From Octopus sinensis (lineage: Eukaryota), in contig NC_042998.1 in the NCBI RefSeq assembly GCF_006345805.1, positions 6,696,001 through 6,760,000 of the forward strand: a stretch of DNA of 64,000 nt, in the 5' to 3' direction. The notes beneath the pieces were generated by a model, which had not been told where the DNA came from, made no database searches, and saw only the letters and a program-made list of their open reading frames with translations. Below, one piece after another: positions 38,101-51,409 of the stretch; the first letter of the stretch is position 1, and each line of letters opens with the position of its first letter. Position numbers and translations under genes: made by a program.

Positions 38101-39081
38101 GGTACTTCACGCATATGTACACACATGATAAAAGAAAAGAAAAATACAAGAAAACGAGGAAGGCTATGAGAATTCTTGCAGGGCGGTGGGGATGACCTTG
38201 TATTTTCATGAAGCACGTGGAACCTTTATCAGGAGGTGGGCCACATAGCACATGGTTCACCCTCAGCCAGGCTGCACTACTAAAAGGATTTCAAGGTAAT
38301 TTTTCCCCTTTAGGTGTGCCTTTCAGAGTATTCCATGGGCCACAGTTTGTAAGTGTGTGTGTGATTGAAGGTGTGTACATACATGTAGGTATAACAAGGT
38401 AAAGTGTTGATTTGGGGTTGGAATTGAATGTGTTATGATGGTGTGTGCAGCGTGTGCTATTTTGTGGTTGTTTTGTGGTTGTTTTGTATGATTCTGTATG
38501 ATCTTAAACAATCAACAAGAGATAGAATATTATTTTGATGTTAGCCATGAAAATGGTATCAATTAAATGAATAAATGAAAGAGAAAGGAAGGAAAGAGAG
38601 AGAGAGGAAGGAGTAAGGGAGAGAAAGAATGCGAGAGAAAGAGAAAGACAGAATTAGAGAAAGAAGGTGAGAAAGAGAAAGAAAGAGAGAAAAATACAGA
38701 GAGGGATAGACAGTAATGAGAGAAAGAAAAAGAGAAAGGAAGAAAGAAAGAAAGACAGAGAAAAAGAAAGAAAGAAAGAAATAAAGAAAGAGATGGAGAT
38801 GTAAGAAGCGAGGACAAAAAGAGATAAAAAAAAATGTCTTTGTATGAAAGAATGAAATGGATGAAAGAGAATATTGATCCTAAAACAATTTTTTTCTTTT
38901 CTTTTCTGAAAGTATTTTCTGTGAAATGAAAAGAAGAATGAAGATAACCAACAGTCTGTTCTTTTTTTTTCTTTTCTTTTCTTTTCATATCTTGCTGTTT
39001 GTTGTTACTTTTCTATTCAATGAATGTTCATAAAATGACTATGTGCAGAAAAGTATGTGTTTCTATCATTGTGTGTGTATT

Positions 39082-39124
<43 letters not shown>

Positions 39125-39699
39125 GTAAGTAGCTGAAAAACTGGTAGTAGTTAAAAAAATTTGAAACAAGGATTTTCTGAAATAACAAAGCTTACTACCC
39201 TATATAGACATAAAAGTTATCTGACATCTGATGGCATGTTTCTGCTAAATTTAAAGTCTGGAAAAATGCTATTTTATTCCCATTAATAGAAAGAGATATT
39301 CTACATACATATTTATACATATAACTCCCTCTCTCTCACTCACACACACACACACACACACTCTCTCTTTTTATATTAAACATATATATACATCATCATC
39401 ATCATTATCATCATTTAAAGTCCACTTTCTATTGGTTGGATGGTTTAACAGGAGAAAGCTGGAAGACTGCCATGCTCTCCTGAGTTCTTTGGTGTGATTT
39501 CTATGGCTGGATGCCCTTCCTAATGCCAACAGCTTCACAGAGAGTAGTGGGTGTTTTTACATAGCACCAGCACCAACACCAGTGGGGTTACCAAGACAAA
39601 AGCACCTTGCAAGACAAAAACTCTCAACTGAGTCGTGAGTAGTGTTGAAAGAGATAGCTTTGTGTCAGATGATAAGTTAGAATATGATAGAGGGATAGG

Positions 39700-40035
39700 G
39701 GGAGACCCCCTTTGGTCATAAATGACCGTGGGATTGCACATAGAAAGTTACCCTCTGAGGTACAAGTTCGGGCAAGGTTGTTTATGGAAGGCCATCAGTC
39801 ACCCATGCATACCAGCCGACCCTCTCCACACCACTGATGTTATCCAAGGGAAAAGCAAAGGGGCCAATACAGCTTGGCACCAGTGATGTCACAACTAGTT
39901 TCTACAGCTGAGTTAACTAGAGCAACGTGAAATAAAATGTCTTGCTCAAGAACACAACACACAGCCTGGTCTGGGAATCGAACTCACAACCTCACGATCG
40001 TAAGCTCGATGCTCTAACTACTGAGCCATATGCCT
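39700..40035 (-). mobile_element. tRNA-derived SINE (C-like head, different tail)
   Basis: Head ggcatatggctcagtagttagagc..gagttcgattccc; related copy at ~30205-30490. Confidence 0.7.
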
Positions 40036-40146
40036 TCACATGATAGAGGGATAGAAACATGTTTTGCAACAGGGGAGATATCTGGCTTCTCCAGACGGAA
40101 AAAGAGAGAGGAGAAAGAAAAAACTGTAAATACATATCAGGGTATA

Positions 40147-41370
40147 CCCTGGTTGAACCTTTGCTCCAAAAGAACCAAAATGGATTCAGACATGGGCGCT
40201 CAACACTGAGCCAGATACTATGCCTACGCAGACTTATTGAAGAATCAAAAGCATTTAATCGCGATCTTGCAATGGTATTTGTAGACTTTTCTAAAGCGTT
40301 CGATTCTGTAGATAGGTACAAGATGTTTGAAATCCTTAAGCTCTATAGGATACCAGACAAAATCATTTCTGCCATCAAGGTCCTCTACACAGATACGTCT
40401 TCAACCATCTTAACCCCTGACGGAGAAACATCATCTTTCTCAATCAAAGCCGGAATACTGCAGGGAGACACACTCGCCCCATATCTTTTCATCATTGTCG
40501 TTGACTATGTGCTACGTATGTCAGTTGATACCATCTCTGGCAAGGGCTTTGAAATAAAACCAAGAAGAAGTTCCAGACACCCAGCTGAATACTTGACAGA
40601 CACTGACTTTGCTGACGACATTGCTCTTATCAGTGATTCTCTCTCCAATGCCCAGTCTCTTTTACAATCTCTCAAACAAGCCTCAAATTGTGAAGGTCTT
40701 TACCTCAATGAGGCCAAGACTGAATATATAAACAAGTGCCTGTCCAACAGTGATTGCATCATCCACACTCTCAACAGTGCGCCTTTAAATATGGTTTCTG
40801 ATTATAAATATCTTGGGTCATACATATCATCATCTGGAAAAGACTTTCTAACTAGAAAGGGTATGGCCTGGTCAGCCTGTAATGACATGCATAAGATCTG
40901 GTCATCAAATCTAAGTAGAGACTTCAAACTTGAAATATTCAAAGCCACAGTCGAACCAATTCTACTATATGGCTTAGAAACCTGGACGTTATCAAAGAAG
41001 CTTGAGAGGCAGTTGGATGGAACCTACACTCGCCTCCTTATGAGAGCTCAAAATCTCTCGTGGAGGCGCCATCCAACCAAAATGCAAATATATGGAAAAT
41101 TACCACCTGTATCATCTCTTGTGAAAGGTAGGAGAGTCCAGTTTGCTGGACATTGTTGTAGAGCTGAAAAAGAAGTAATTTCTACTCTTCTCCTCTGGAA
41201 GCCATCTACGCGCAATACCAGAAGGCGCACACTCTCCTACCCTGATGTAATCTCCAGGGATACAGGCATCCAGCAACAGGACCTCCGTAATGCCATGATG
41301 GACCGTGAAGTCTGGCGTAGCATGGTAAATTCCATTGTCTCGACCACGGTTGAACAATGATGATGATGAT
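40147..41370 (+). mobile_element. 5'-truncated RTE-clade LINE with uninterrupted RT ORF (ORF 40059-41360)
   Basis: NQNGFRHGRST..FVDFSKAFDSV..GILQGDTLAPYLF..DFADDIAL..YKYLGS..PILLYG-ETWTL..FAGH; (gat)n tail; the first ~29 aa of the ORF come from flanking DNA. Confidence 0.93.
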
Positions 41371-42309
41371 ACCCTGGTTTTAATAATTGCCACTTGCTAG
41401 AAATTTTTTTTAAATAGGACAAAACATCAATAATGATTGTATCTTAATCATTACAAACAATAAATAAAATGAAATAAAATAAAATGAAAATTAGCAGTTT
41501 TATTAATTATTAGTTGGTGTTAATTATTTGGTTTACTTTTATTTTTTATGAATTCAATCAAATGATGGGATTGGAATTTAATTAGAATATTCAAGAATCT
41601 TTACCGGAATTTCTCACTGGATCTGTGAACTGGAATCCTTTGTTAATCTTTTTGAAGTTATTTACTTCTCACATAGTTCTCTCTTCCAATGTGACCATAT
41701 GTTTTCAATTTGATTGAGATCTGACAATAATTATTGAACGTCAATCCAGATCATCAAAATGTTTTAACTCAAAAGTAAATAGGTCATGCTTTCAAAAATC
41801 AAAAATCAGTGTTTTATTTAGTTTTGTTTCTCATCATCTGACACAAAGCTACCTTTTCAACACTACTCATGACTCAGTTGAGAGTTTTTGTCTTGCAAGG
41901 TGCTTGGTAACCCCACTGGTGTTGGTGCTGTGCTATGTAAAAACACCCACTACACTCTGTGAAGCTGTTGGCATTAGGAAGGGCATCCAGCCATATATCT
42001 ATTTGAATTTTTTAAATAGCGTTTATTCCAGATCAGCCTTCAATGTTCATTATATTACCATAAGGAAGCAATAAAGGATCAACCTGGTTTTCTGACCTGC
42101 TAGAAGCAGCCAAATCTCAAGTCATGCTCAGTTGTCTTAAAGATTAGAAGAATGTATTGGGTGGTGTAGTTCTGAATACACATAACGACAGGATGATCAC
42201 AGTTGGAATGTCTTTCATTATAAGTCTACTCAATCAGAGATGATTTGGGATTTGACCCTTCAGTATTCAGGATTGTTTTTCAATTAATCTCTTTTACTCT
42301 AATATTTTT

Positions 42310-42707
42310 TTAATTGTTTCAGTCATTTGACTGCAGCCATGCTGGAGCACCACCTTTAGTTGAGCAAATCGCCCCCAGGACTTATTCTTTGTAAGCCTAG
42401 TACTTATTCTATTGGTCTCTCTTGCCGAACCACTAAGTTACAGGGACGTAAAAACGCAACCATCAGTTGTCAGGTGATGTTGCGGGTACAAACACACACA
42501 TACAAACACACATACACACACATATATATATATATACATATATACGATGGACTTCTTTCAGTTTCCGTCTGCTAAATCCACTCACAAGGCTTTGGTTGGC
42601 CCTAGGCTATAGTAGAAAACACTTGCCCAAGATGCTACGTAGTGGGACTGAACCCAGAATCATGTGGTTGGTAAGCAAGCTACTTACCACACAGCCACTC
42701 CTATGCC
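42310..42707 (-). mobile_element. SINE A
   Basis: Family match. Confidence 0.85.
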
Positions 42708-42976
42708 TTGAGATTTCAATGGTGTAATTGTATATTTTTAGAATGACTTTGTAGGGTGGGTGTGAGAGGCCCAATCTGGCCAGTTTGAACATAAAACAGG
42801 TAGAATATTTGGGCTGGATATGGCTGTTCTAAATGCTAAAGGGTTCACAGCAAAATCAAAACCTAAACCAGCAAGATCTTCACTACAAAACAACCCAACA
42901 ATACTCCTTTCTCAAATGCATCATTTGTTTTGTCTTAAGACACACTAACTCTTCACATCTACCATGCCATGAACCC

Positions 42977-43641
42977 TTAATGGCAAAGTTTTGTATTAGG
43001 ACACCCTCATAAATTGAAATTGCTCCATTTTGATGGGGAATTTTGCTATATAGCCTTTAAAATGATGGGGGCATCGTTTTATGAAAAAACATTTTGGAAA
43101 AATTTTAATGTTTTTTTTTCACTTCACCTCTCTCACCATTCTACCCTGGACTGTTTGTTTACACTACACACTTAAAAAACCATGGGAGAAGCCTCTGCAG
43201 TGAAAAAAATTCTTTTCAGGCACAGGAGTGGCTGTGTGGTAAGTAGCTTGCTTACCAACCACATGGTTCTGGGTTCAGAGAGAGTATAGAGAGAGTATAT
43301 GTGAGAATGACAAAGAAATGAGGAAAGTGGTCATGGGATGTACTGGAAACAACAGCCAAATCTCCCTTAAACCACACACCTCTGCTTCTGAAAATATTTA
43401 CAGTTTAAAAAAAATTTTTTTTTACTGAAAATGCTTCTCCCATTTTTAAAAAAATGGCCCAAATCGGCGAGCAGTGGGGTAGTGAGAGAGGTGAAGTGAA
43501 ATAAAAATCAAAAATGTTTATCATATAAAGATACCAACTGCCCACCATTTTGAAGGCTGTGGTGAAAAAATGGAAAATTTCCCATCAAAACAGAGAAAAT
43601 CTGACTTATGTGGGTGTCTTGATCTGAAATCTGCCACCTTA
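42977..43641. mobile_element. Old fold-back MITE with TTAA ends (Kolobok-like)
   Basis: Diverged inverted arms ~42977-43200/43400-43641 ending ..ctgccacc-TTAA. Confidence 0.5.
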
Positions 43642-43824
43642 ACTCCCTGATGGAATTCTAAGGAATGTCATGACATACAGCGAGTCTTGGACATTCTTAG
43701 ACCTGATGAAACACATTCCTCTCCAGGTCATCATTAAAATGCTTTAACCAATTAAAAAAACAACAACTTTATTCACTGCAAAACACAAGCTGACATACGA
43801 GTTTCATGACTAATTATATGACAA

Positions 43825-44210
43825 TCTCCCTCTATATAAAGCTGTATTTGTCTGTGTATGGCAGGTTTGGTAGCCTTCAACTAACACTGTCTCCTCTGAG
43901 ACCCTGCAAGTTGACCAAAATTGAGAGTATGATAGAAGGCTTGCTCTTCATTCCGTAAAAGAAAAAATTCAAATCGGACCATGTTAAGACCAAAAATTAT
44001 TTACATCAAAAAGGTGCTTTTTTTCTATGAAAATCCCTATTTTTTTACGATTTTTTTTACTGCTGTGTCGCCATTTTTCGGTGTATTTCAACCAGAAAAA
44101 TGTTCACTTAAAGAGAATAATAAGCTACATAATGCAAAATTTTTCCTTTTCAAAAATTCCAATTCTAAAGGGTCGAAACAAAGTCAAGCAACACCAGGCG
44201 ATACAGCAAG
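43825..44210 (+). mobile_element. Non-autonomous Helitron (degenerate)
   Basis: 5' tc..tatataaag, 3' gcaacaccaggcgatacagcaag resembling the end of 29010-29380. Confidence 0.6.
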
Positions 44211-44675
44211 TTTAAAATAATTCTTAAAACAAAAGTCGGAGTTTACAACTGAAGGCGTTGAGTAGATTGCAGAAAAAATATTTTAATAGTTACAGTTTTA
44301 CCTAGCATTTAAAAGAAAAAAAAAAAGAATTTTTCTGCTTCATCTCCTGCTGCATGGTACGTTGAATAAGCGCCACCTACTTGCTATAGCCTCAGGTCAA
44401 CCACAAAGCATCTTCATGCATAAATTTGGATGATGGAAACCATTTAAAATATACACATATATATGTGTGTGTTTATGTATGTGTATCTTTTACTTGTTTC
44501 AGTCATTAGACTGTGGCCATGCTGGGGCACCGCTTCAAATGGTTTTTAGTCAATTCGACCTCATGCCTTTTTTTTTCCTTAAGCCTAGTACTTATTCTAT
44601 TGATCTCTTTTGCTGACCCACTAAGTTACAGGGGACATAAACAAGACACAAGACACATATATATATATACACATA

Positions 44676-44720
<45 letters not shown>

Positions 44721-45250
44721 CATGCTTCTTTCAGTTTCTGTGTCCCAAATCCACTCACAAGGATTTGGTTGGCCTGAGGCTATAATAAAAGACGCTTGTC
44801 CAAGATGCCCCAAGCAGTGGGACTGAACCTAGAACCATGTGGTTGGGGAGCAAGCTCCTTACCACACAGCCATGCCTGTGTCTGAAGTTCTTGTCATCAC
44901 TGGCAGCTCACCTCACCAAGGTGTCAGGTGATGCTTCTGAGAGAGTATTTGGTTTTTCCAGTGCCTTAGCCTTGCCATCACCTGCAGTAATGCTGTGAGC
45001 ATGCTGGCTTGCTTCAGTAAGTTCCATTGAATCATTGAATGGATGAATGCTGTTACCTACTAATATCGAAAGACTGCCTCTGTACATATTTAAATATGCA
45101 CATATAAAAGACACACCTCAACTTATATCATTTCGAGTTGCACCTTTCTTGACTTTATGTCAGTCCTCTGTGAACACCTTTAAAAACAGCATTAAAATAA
45201 CATAAAAACCAATAATGAAATGGCAAAATACACATGAAAATATTTACAAA

Positions 45251-45995
45251 TCTCTCTATATATAAACGGCAGTTTGTCTGTCTGTGTGTCTGTCAGGTTG
45301 TACCCTCACCCTGACCACGGCTTTCAACCGATTCTGATGAAACTTGACACACACATAGCCCAATGTCATAATTCAAAACTAACGCAGCGAAAATTTTGAG
45401 AAGTTCCCCCAGTTCTGAAAAATAAACGATAAATTCGACATGGGTCGAGAATCTAAGCTTTTTATATGCAACACATTTTCTACAGACTGTCTAGGGGACG
45501 CAACTCGACCTTTTTAACTCTCGGAACACACGAGGTAAGTATCCCAAAATGTATAAAAATGTACAAAAACGGCAAAAAAGCGGGCAGCAATGTGAATGAC
45601 AACGAAAAAGTCAAAAGTGACCAAACTGAACATACGAATGGAAAAGGTTTTTTGGTGCACACGACAAAAGTGGTTTATAATAAACCAAGAGTTTGCAAGT
45701 AGCTTCCGAGGACCCTTAGGGTACGTCAAAAATTTAAGGTAAAACGTTTGGGGTGGTAGTTATAAAGAAAGTTTAAATAAAGTATTCGAATAACTTGCGG
45801 TAAAGTCTCGAATGTAATTTCTTCCTGGTAGGAATTGGTTGGGTTGAATTATCGATAGCTGTTTGATAGTTATTTGGGAGTGAAGAGAAGACATTGCAAC
45901 CTACACATGCGCCTTCGTTCACTAGAGGGAAAGGACTAGATTGGGATTAGTCGTTGCCTACTAGGGGCTCTTACATTGCCGGGCTATGCTGCTAG
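45251..45995 (+). mobile_element. Non-autonomous Helitron with different internal cargo
   Basis: First ~270 bp match 29010-29270; ends gccgggctatgctgCTAG-t. Confidence 0.8.
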
Positions 45996-46947
45996 TTATT
46001 TATAAAAACAGATAAACGGTAATGAATTTTTTAAATGTATATAGTTACCATGTTTACATTTATTTAAAAGGCTTTTGGCAACGATAATTCCTGCATTCCA
46101 TTGTGAGATAGTGTTGCAGTTTGTATCAAGTTATTCAAACATGTGTGTGTTCACTGTGCAAAAAGTTTGCTTATTTTATTTTCATACACTATTCCTCACA
46201 TGAAAGCTCTTACTGTCAGCTCTAGTCCTGGTGGTCCTAAGCGATAAAAAAAAACATTGCTCTTTTCAAACCTACCCAGGCTTATAGGCCCGGTTTCCCA
46301 GTTTCTGTTGCGTATGTGTTCCCCCCAGCTGGACGGGACACCAGTCCATCGCAGCGTTATTCAAGAAACAAGAAGAGAGAGTGAGAGAATGTTGTGGTGA
46401 AAGAGTACAACAAGGGTCGCCACCACCCCACTGCCAGAGCCTCGTGGAGCTTTTTAGGTGTTTTCGCTCAATAAACACACACAACACCCAGTCTGGAAAT
46501 CGAAACCGAGATCCTCTACCCACAAGTCCGGTGGTCCTAAGAACCATGCTTATATTTTTTGTAAAATACATTGGCATGATGAAATATTTTGAACAAGGTG
46601 AAAAGATGATAGCACTAGCAGGCACTTATGGCTAAAGTCAGACGTCGATATTTTCGAATATTCGTAAGGGAAGATTTTCGACTTAGATCCAAGATACGGC
46701 TCCAGGAATGCAGAGCATTGTAATCACCAAGAAAAGATGCAAAACTATTGATAAAATGGGACAGCTTCTTTGCTTTTGGCTTGAATGGCTGATTCATCTG
46801 TGTATCTCTCCATAAGCTGGGTAGTAATTCAAGAGATAGTGCTTTCATTGTACAGTGACCTTAACAAGTATCCCAACGATATGACAGAGGATTTCAAGAG
46901 CAATTCAAGATGATTTATGTGTTTCATGTAGCAATACCATTTTTATA

Positions 46948-47387
46948 ACATTGCCGGTGGCACGTAAGAGAACCATCCAAACGTGGTCGTTGCCAGCACC
47001 GCCCCACTGGCCTCGTGCTGGTGGCATGTAAAAAGCACCATCCGTTCGTGGTCGTTGCCAGCCTCGCCTGGCCCCCGTGCCGGTGGCATGTAAAAAGCAC
47101 CATCTGTTCGTGGTCGTTGGCAGCCTCGCCTGGCCCTCGTGCCGGTGGCATGTAAAAAGCACCATCCGATCGTGGCCGTTTGCCAGCCTCGTCTGGCACC
47201 TGTGCCGGTGGCATGTAAAAAGCACCCACTACACTCATGGAGTGGTTGGCGTTAGGAGGGGCATCCAGCCGTAGAAACATTGCCAGATCAGACTGGGCCT
47301 GGTGCAGCCTTCTGGCTTCCCAGACCCCAGTTGAACCGTCCAACCCATGCTAGCATGGAAAGCGGACGCTAAACGATGATGATGATG
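46948..47387 (+). mobile_element. Family E RTE-type 3' end
   Basis: ~5 tandem 60-bp units, (gat)n tail. Confidence 0.8.
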
Positions 47388-47559
47388 AAGGTCTAAGGCA
47401 AAAATGCATCAGTAGCTGCACACAAATGAAGAGTTGGTGGAGTTGCAAGAACAGCAATAAGAAATGTGAAGAAGGGCAAAGGTATTCTAAACAAGTTCTT
47501 GCAGCATGTTGAAAGAACATTTGGCCGGAACTTGCTTCAGCAACGACCATGAGGCGAAA

Positions 47560-47779
47560 GATGAGGTTCAGCACTTCCTCAACGACATGGTGGTGAACTG
47601 GTGTGACATGGGCATACAAAAACTGCCCCAGCGCTTACAAAAAGGCATCAACCAAAATGGCAATTACGTAGAAAATAGATAAATGTTTAAATTTTAAAAT
47701 GATGTAACCGTCATTGACAATAAACATTTCTGTGATTTCTAAATATTTTGGAGACCTTACTTTTGGGATTACCTTCGTA
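47560..47779 (+). mobile_element. mariner 3' remnant
   Basis: GIQKLPQRLQKGINQNGNYVE resembles the mariner transposase C-terminus; ends ccttacttttgggattaccttcgTA. Confidence 0.65.
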
Positions 47780-48371
47780 CATATATTTTGTTCTATGTAT
47801 ATCATTAATTTCTTTCTTATATTCGTAGGAATTTCAAAATTTTTGGTAGCATTATGATATTAAATAGAAATAAAACTTAAGTAATTAATATTTCAATAAG
47901 TAGTCTTCTGATACTCTATATGAAAAATAAGTAAAAATTTAATTATGATGAAATCTCATTAATAAAATAGAGTTTCATATGAAATTAATGCTAGTTTATT
48001 TTTGAATAAGACTGGATGCAATTCATTATTATTGCAAATAGCGATAGACATTTCAATATTTACAAGGTATTGTAGTAACAGCATTAATCATGAGCTGAAG
48101 TGTCTACGTACATACACACAAACACACATATATACATACATATACACACACACATATATACACACACATATATATATATTCAGATATACGTTTATAAATA
48201 TGTGTATGTATATATGTGTGTGTGTGTGTGTGTGCATAGATGAATATATGTACGCATATAGATATATATGTATATATATATATGTGTAGATGTATATAGA
48301 TATATATGTATATGTATATGAATATATATGTATATGTATATAAATATTTATACATATATATAACATATCTA

Positions 48372-48445
<74 letters not shown>

Positions 48446-48489
48446 TATATATATATATACACACACACACACATATATATATACACACA

Positions 48490-48525
<36 letters not shown>

Positions 48526-48824
48526 GGTTAATGAGAGATGGACGATACACGAGTTTTTATTAATCACTGCAATTGTTTCGACTCATCTGGCATTGGTACC
48601 TCATGGGTGGGATACCCAACAACTGGTTCAGGAGCCTCTGACAGTGGAAGCGGCAGGTGATAAACAGATACAACTCATTAAAATAACAGTTCCGCAATGT
48701 ATCTTCTCACTTTGTGTAAAGAAAAGCAGCAAGTTAAAGGATATCCCTTCGTTTATATAGAAAGAAGATCAATAATATAATAAAAGATGCAAAAAACAGA
48801 AATGAATACTCAGTACAGCATATA

Positions 48825-49408
48825 CCAGTTTTGCATAACCAGCCCCAGCCCATTCAAAAGTACCTTGGATCATAGGGCGACCTGCTGTGCTTGAGGAGAC
48901 CTATTGAGTCAAGTACATGAACATCAAAATGAAAATCAAATGGAAATTGTAGTTGTGATACCCATGCCAGTGACATTTAAAAAGCACCATCTGAATGTGG
49001 CCAATGCCAGTGCTGCCTTGACTGGCTTCCGTGCTGATGGCACATAAAGAGCACCAACCAATCATGGCCTTTTCCAGCCTCCTCTGGCCCCTGTGCCGGT
49101 GGCACGTAAAAAGCACCAACCAATCATGGCCTTTGCCAGCCTCCTCTGGCCCCTGTGCTGGTAGCACATAAAAAGCACCAACCAATAATGGCCTTTGCCA
49201 GCCTCCTCTGGCCTCTGTGCTGGTGGCACGTAAAAACTACTCCCAACAATCACGGAGTGGTTGGTGTTAGGAAGGGCATCCAGTGGTAGAAACACTGCCA
49301 GATCAGACTGGAGCCTGGTGCAAGCCTCCTGGCTTCCCAGACCCCAGTTAAACCGTCCAACCCATGCTAGCATAGAAAACAGATGTTAAACGATGATGAT
49401 GATGATGT
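48825..49408 (+). mobile_element. Family E RTE-type 3' end
   Basis: gctgtgcttgaggagacc (AVLEET), tandem units, (gat)n tail. Confidence 0.75.
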
Positions 49409-49501
49409 TAACAGATATTGATGAATAAACACCCTAGTGTAGCTTGTATGGCACATGTACACTTGCTCTTACAAACATTCACAAAGATGTAAACATACAT
49501 A

Positions 49502-49899
49502 GGCGCAGGAGTGGTTGTGTGGTAAGTAGCTTGTTTACCAACCACATGGTTCCGGGTTCAGTTCCACTGCGTGGCACCGTGGGCAAGTGTCTTCTACTAT
49601 AGCCTCGGGCAGACCAAAGCCTTGTGAGTGGATTTGGTAGACGGAAACTGAAAGGAGCCCGTCGTATATATGTATATATATATGTGTGTGTGTGTTTGTG
49701 TGTGTGTGCTTGTCCCCCTAGCATTGCTTGACAACCGATGCTGGTGTGTTTATGTCCCCGTTACTTAGCGGTTCGGCAAAAGACACCGATAGAATAAGTA
49801 CTGGGCTTACAAAAAGAATAAGTCCCGGGGTCGAGTTGCTCGATTAAAGGTGGTGCTCCAGCATGGCCGCAGTCAAATGACTGAAACAAGTAAAAGAGT
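49502..49899 (+). mobile_element. SINE A
   Basis: Full-length family match. Confidence 0.9.
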
Positions 49900-50056
49900 A
49901 TACATACATGTGTGGTTTGGTACACATACATTCACAAAGTGAATTAAATAGCTATTTGGTGTTTATAAGGATGGGGTGGTTAAAGCTAAATTTAATTCAT
50001 CCATAACCTAAGGTGAATTACATTAACAGTTACTCAAATTCATTCCCACTGCATTG

Positions 50057-50350
50057 TGCAAAAGTGCATTTATATGCATGTAAGCATTTTGAGGGTCTTT
50101 CAGAAATCCTATTAATGATCTCATTGGTCCACAGAATAGATAGGGATTCCTCGGAGCAGAATTGGCATCTCCTGGAAAAGAAATTATATGATTTTGTGTG
50201 TCTTACTATGGACTAAGTTATGTTACATCCAATTTTATCTTCCTTAAGTCGCCACACAAAATCAGCCAAAGATGTATGTCTCTTATTGATTTTCTTGACA
50301 CTGGTGACAGGGCTGCAATAACAATTCTTGAATGAATCAAGGCTACCATG
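50057..50350 (-). pseudogene. Penelope-like GIY-YIG endonuclease C-terminal relic
   Basis: One frame reads SFKNCYCSPVTSV..HTSLADFVWRLKEDKIGCNIT*SIVRHTKSYNFFSRRCQFCSEESLSIL..INRISERPSKCLHAYK, matching the PLE pattern T-LS-YIW-LK..W-I..C-LC-EE..LN-R-E..KC-H. Confidence 0.75.
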
Positions 50351-50589
50351 AGAGATATAAATTATTTCTTTCAAAGAAGAGGGGATATTTTTTCGAATAT
50401 TGTATTGCCATTACAGCAGTAGGAATAATGGGTAAATTACCCTTACAAGGCAGAAAAATTTTGTCAACAACCAGCCATGGGATTTGAACTCACATCCCTA
50501 AGACTGCAGTTCAGTGCTTTACCATCTGCTGACAATCTCATCCACTGATTTAGACACTAAATAGCTTATTGAACAACCATGTACTCTCT

Positions 50590-50983
50590 CTTTTACTCTT
50601 TTACTTGTTTCAGTCATTTGACTGTGGCCATGCTGGAGCACCGCCTTTAGTGGAGCAACTCAACCCCGGGACTTATTCTTTGTAAGCCCAGTACTTATTC
50701 TATCGGTCTATTTTGCCAAACCGCTAAGTGACAGGGGACGTAAACACGCCAGCATGAAGCAATGCTAGGGGGACAAACACAGACACACAAACACACACAC
50801 ATATATATATACATATATACGATGGGCTTCTTTCAGTTTCCGTCTACCAAATCCACTCACAAGGCATTGGTCAGCCCGGGGCTATAGCAGAAGACACTTG
50901 CCCAAGATGCCACGCAGTGGGACTGAACCCGGAACCATGTGGTTGGTTAGCAAGCTACTTACCACACAGCCACTCCTGCGCCT
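50590..50983 (-). mobile_element. SINE A
   Basis: Full-length family match. Confidence 0.9.
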
Positions 50984-51409
50984 ATAAATATAAATATGTG
51001 TGTATAAATATAAACAAACTTACATTTGTTTTTATTAGACATGTTGAAATGTGTATTGTACAATACAAACAAGAGGTAAGATTGTCAGCAGGCAGTTTAG
51101 CTTAATGGTAAAACACTCAGGAGGATGTGGGTTCGAGTTCCATGGCTGTTTGTTGACAACTTTTTCCACTTTGTAAGGGTAATACTGCGATTGAAAAAAT
51201 ATCACTTCCTGTTTGTTGAGAGGAATTTGTAACGAACATGTGTGAGTGTATATCTTCTCTTGCACTTTCGGGGTGCAAGAAAGCAATCACTAGCCGTTGC
51301 TTTAATAATCCAGAATTCTACCAGTCAGAAACAACAAGACGCAGACGTAAAATATATATATACTACTTTATTCTCTTTCTTGGTAACAATAACAATAAGT
51401 GGTTATCTG

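Noticed and set aside
38563-38988. 141-aa Phe/Ser/Leu-rich ORF
   Set aside because: Translation of a (GA/GAAA)n purine tract
46955-47225. Regularly spaced repeats resembling a CRISPR array
   Set aside because: The intervening sequences are homologous to each other, the context is eukaryotic, there are no cas genes, and the repeats are part of a LINE 3' UTR
51091-51150. tRNA-like A/B boxes
   Set aside because: No anticodon arm; it is the head of an old SINE with an inverted relative at 50435-50540
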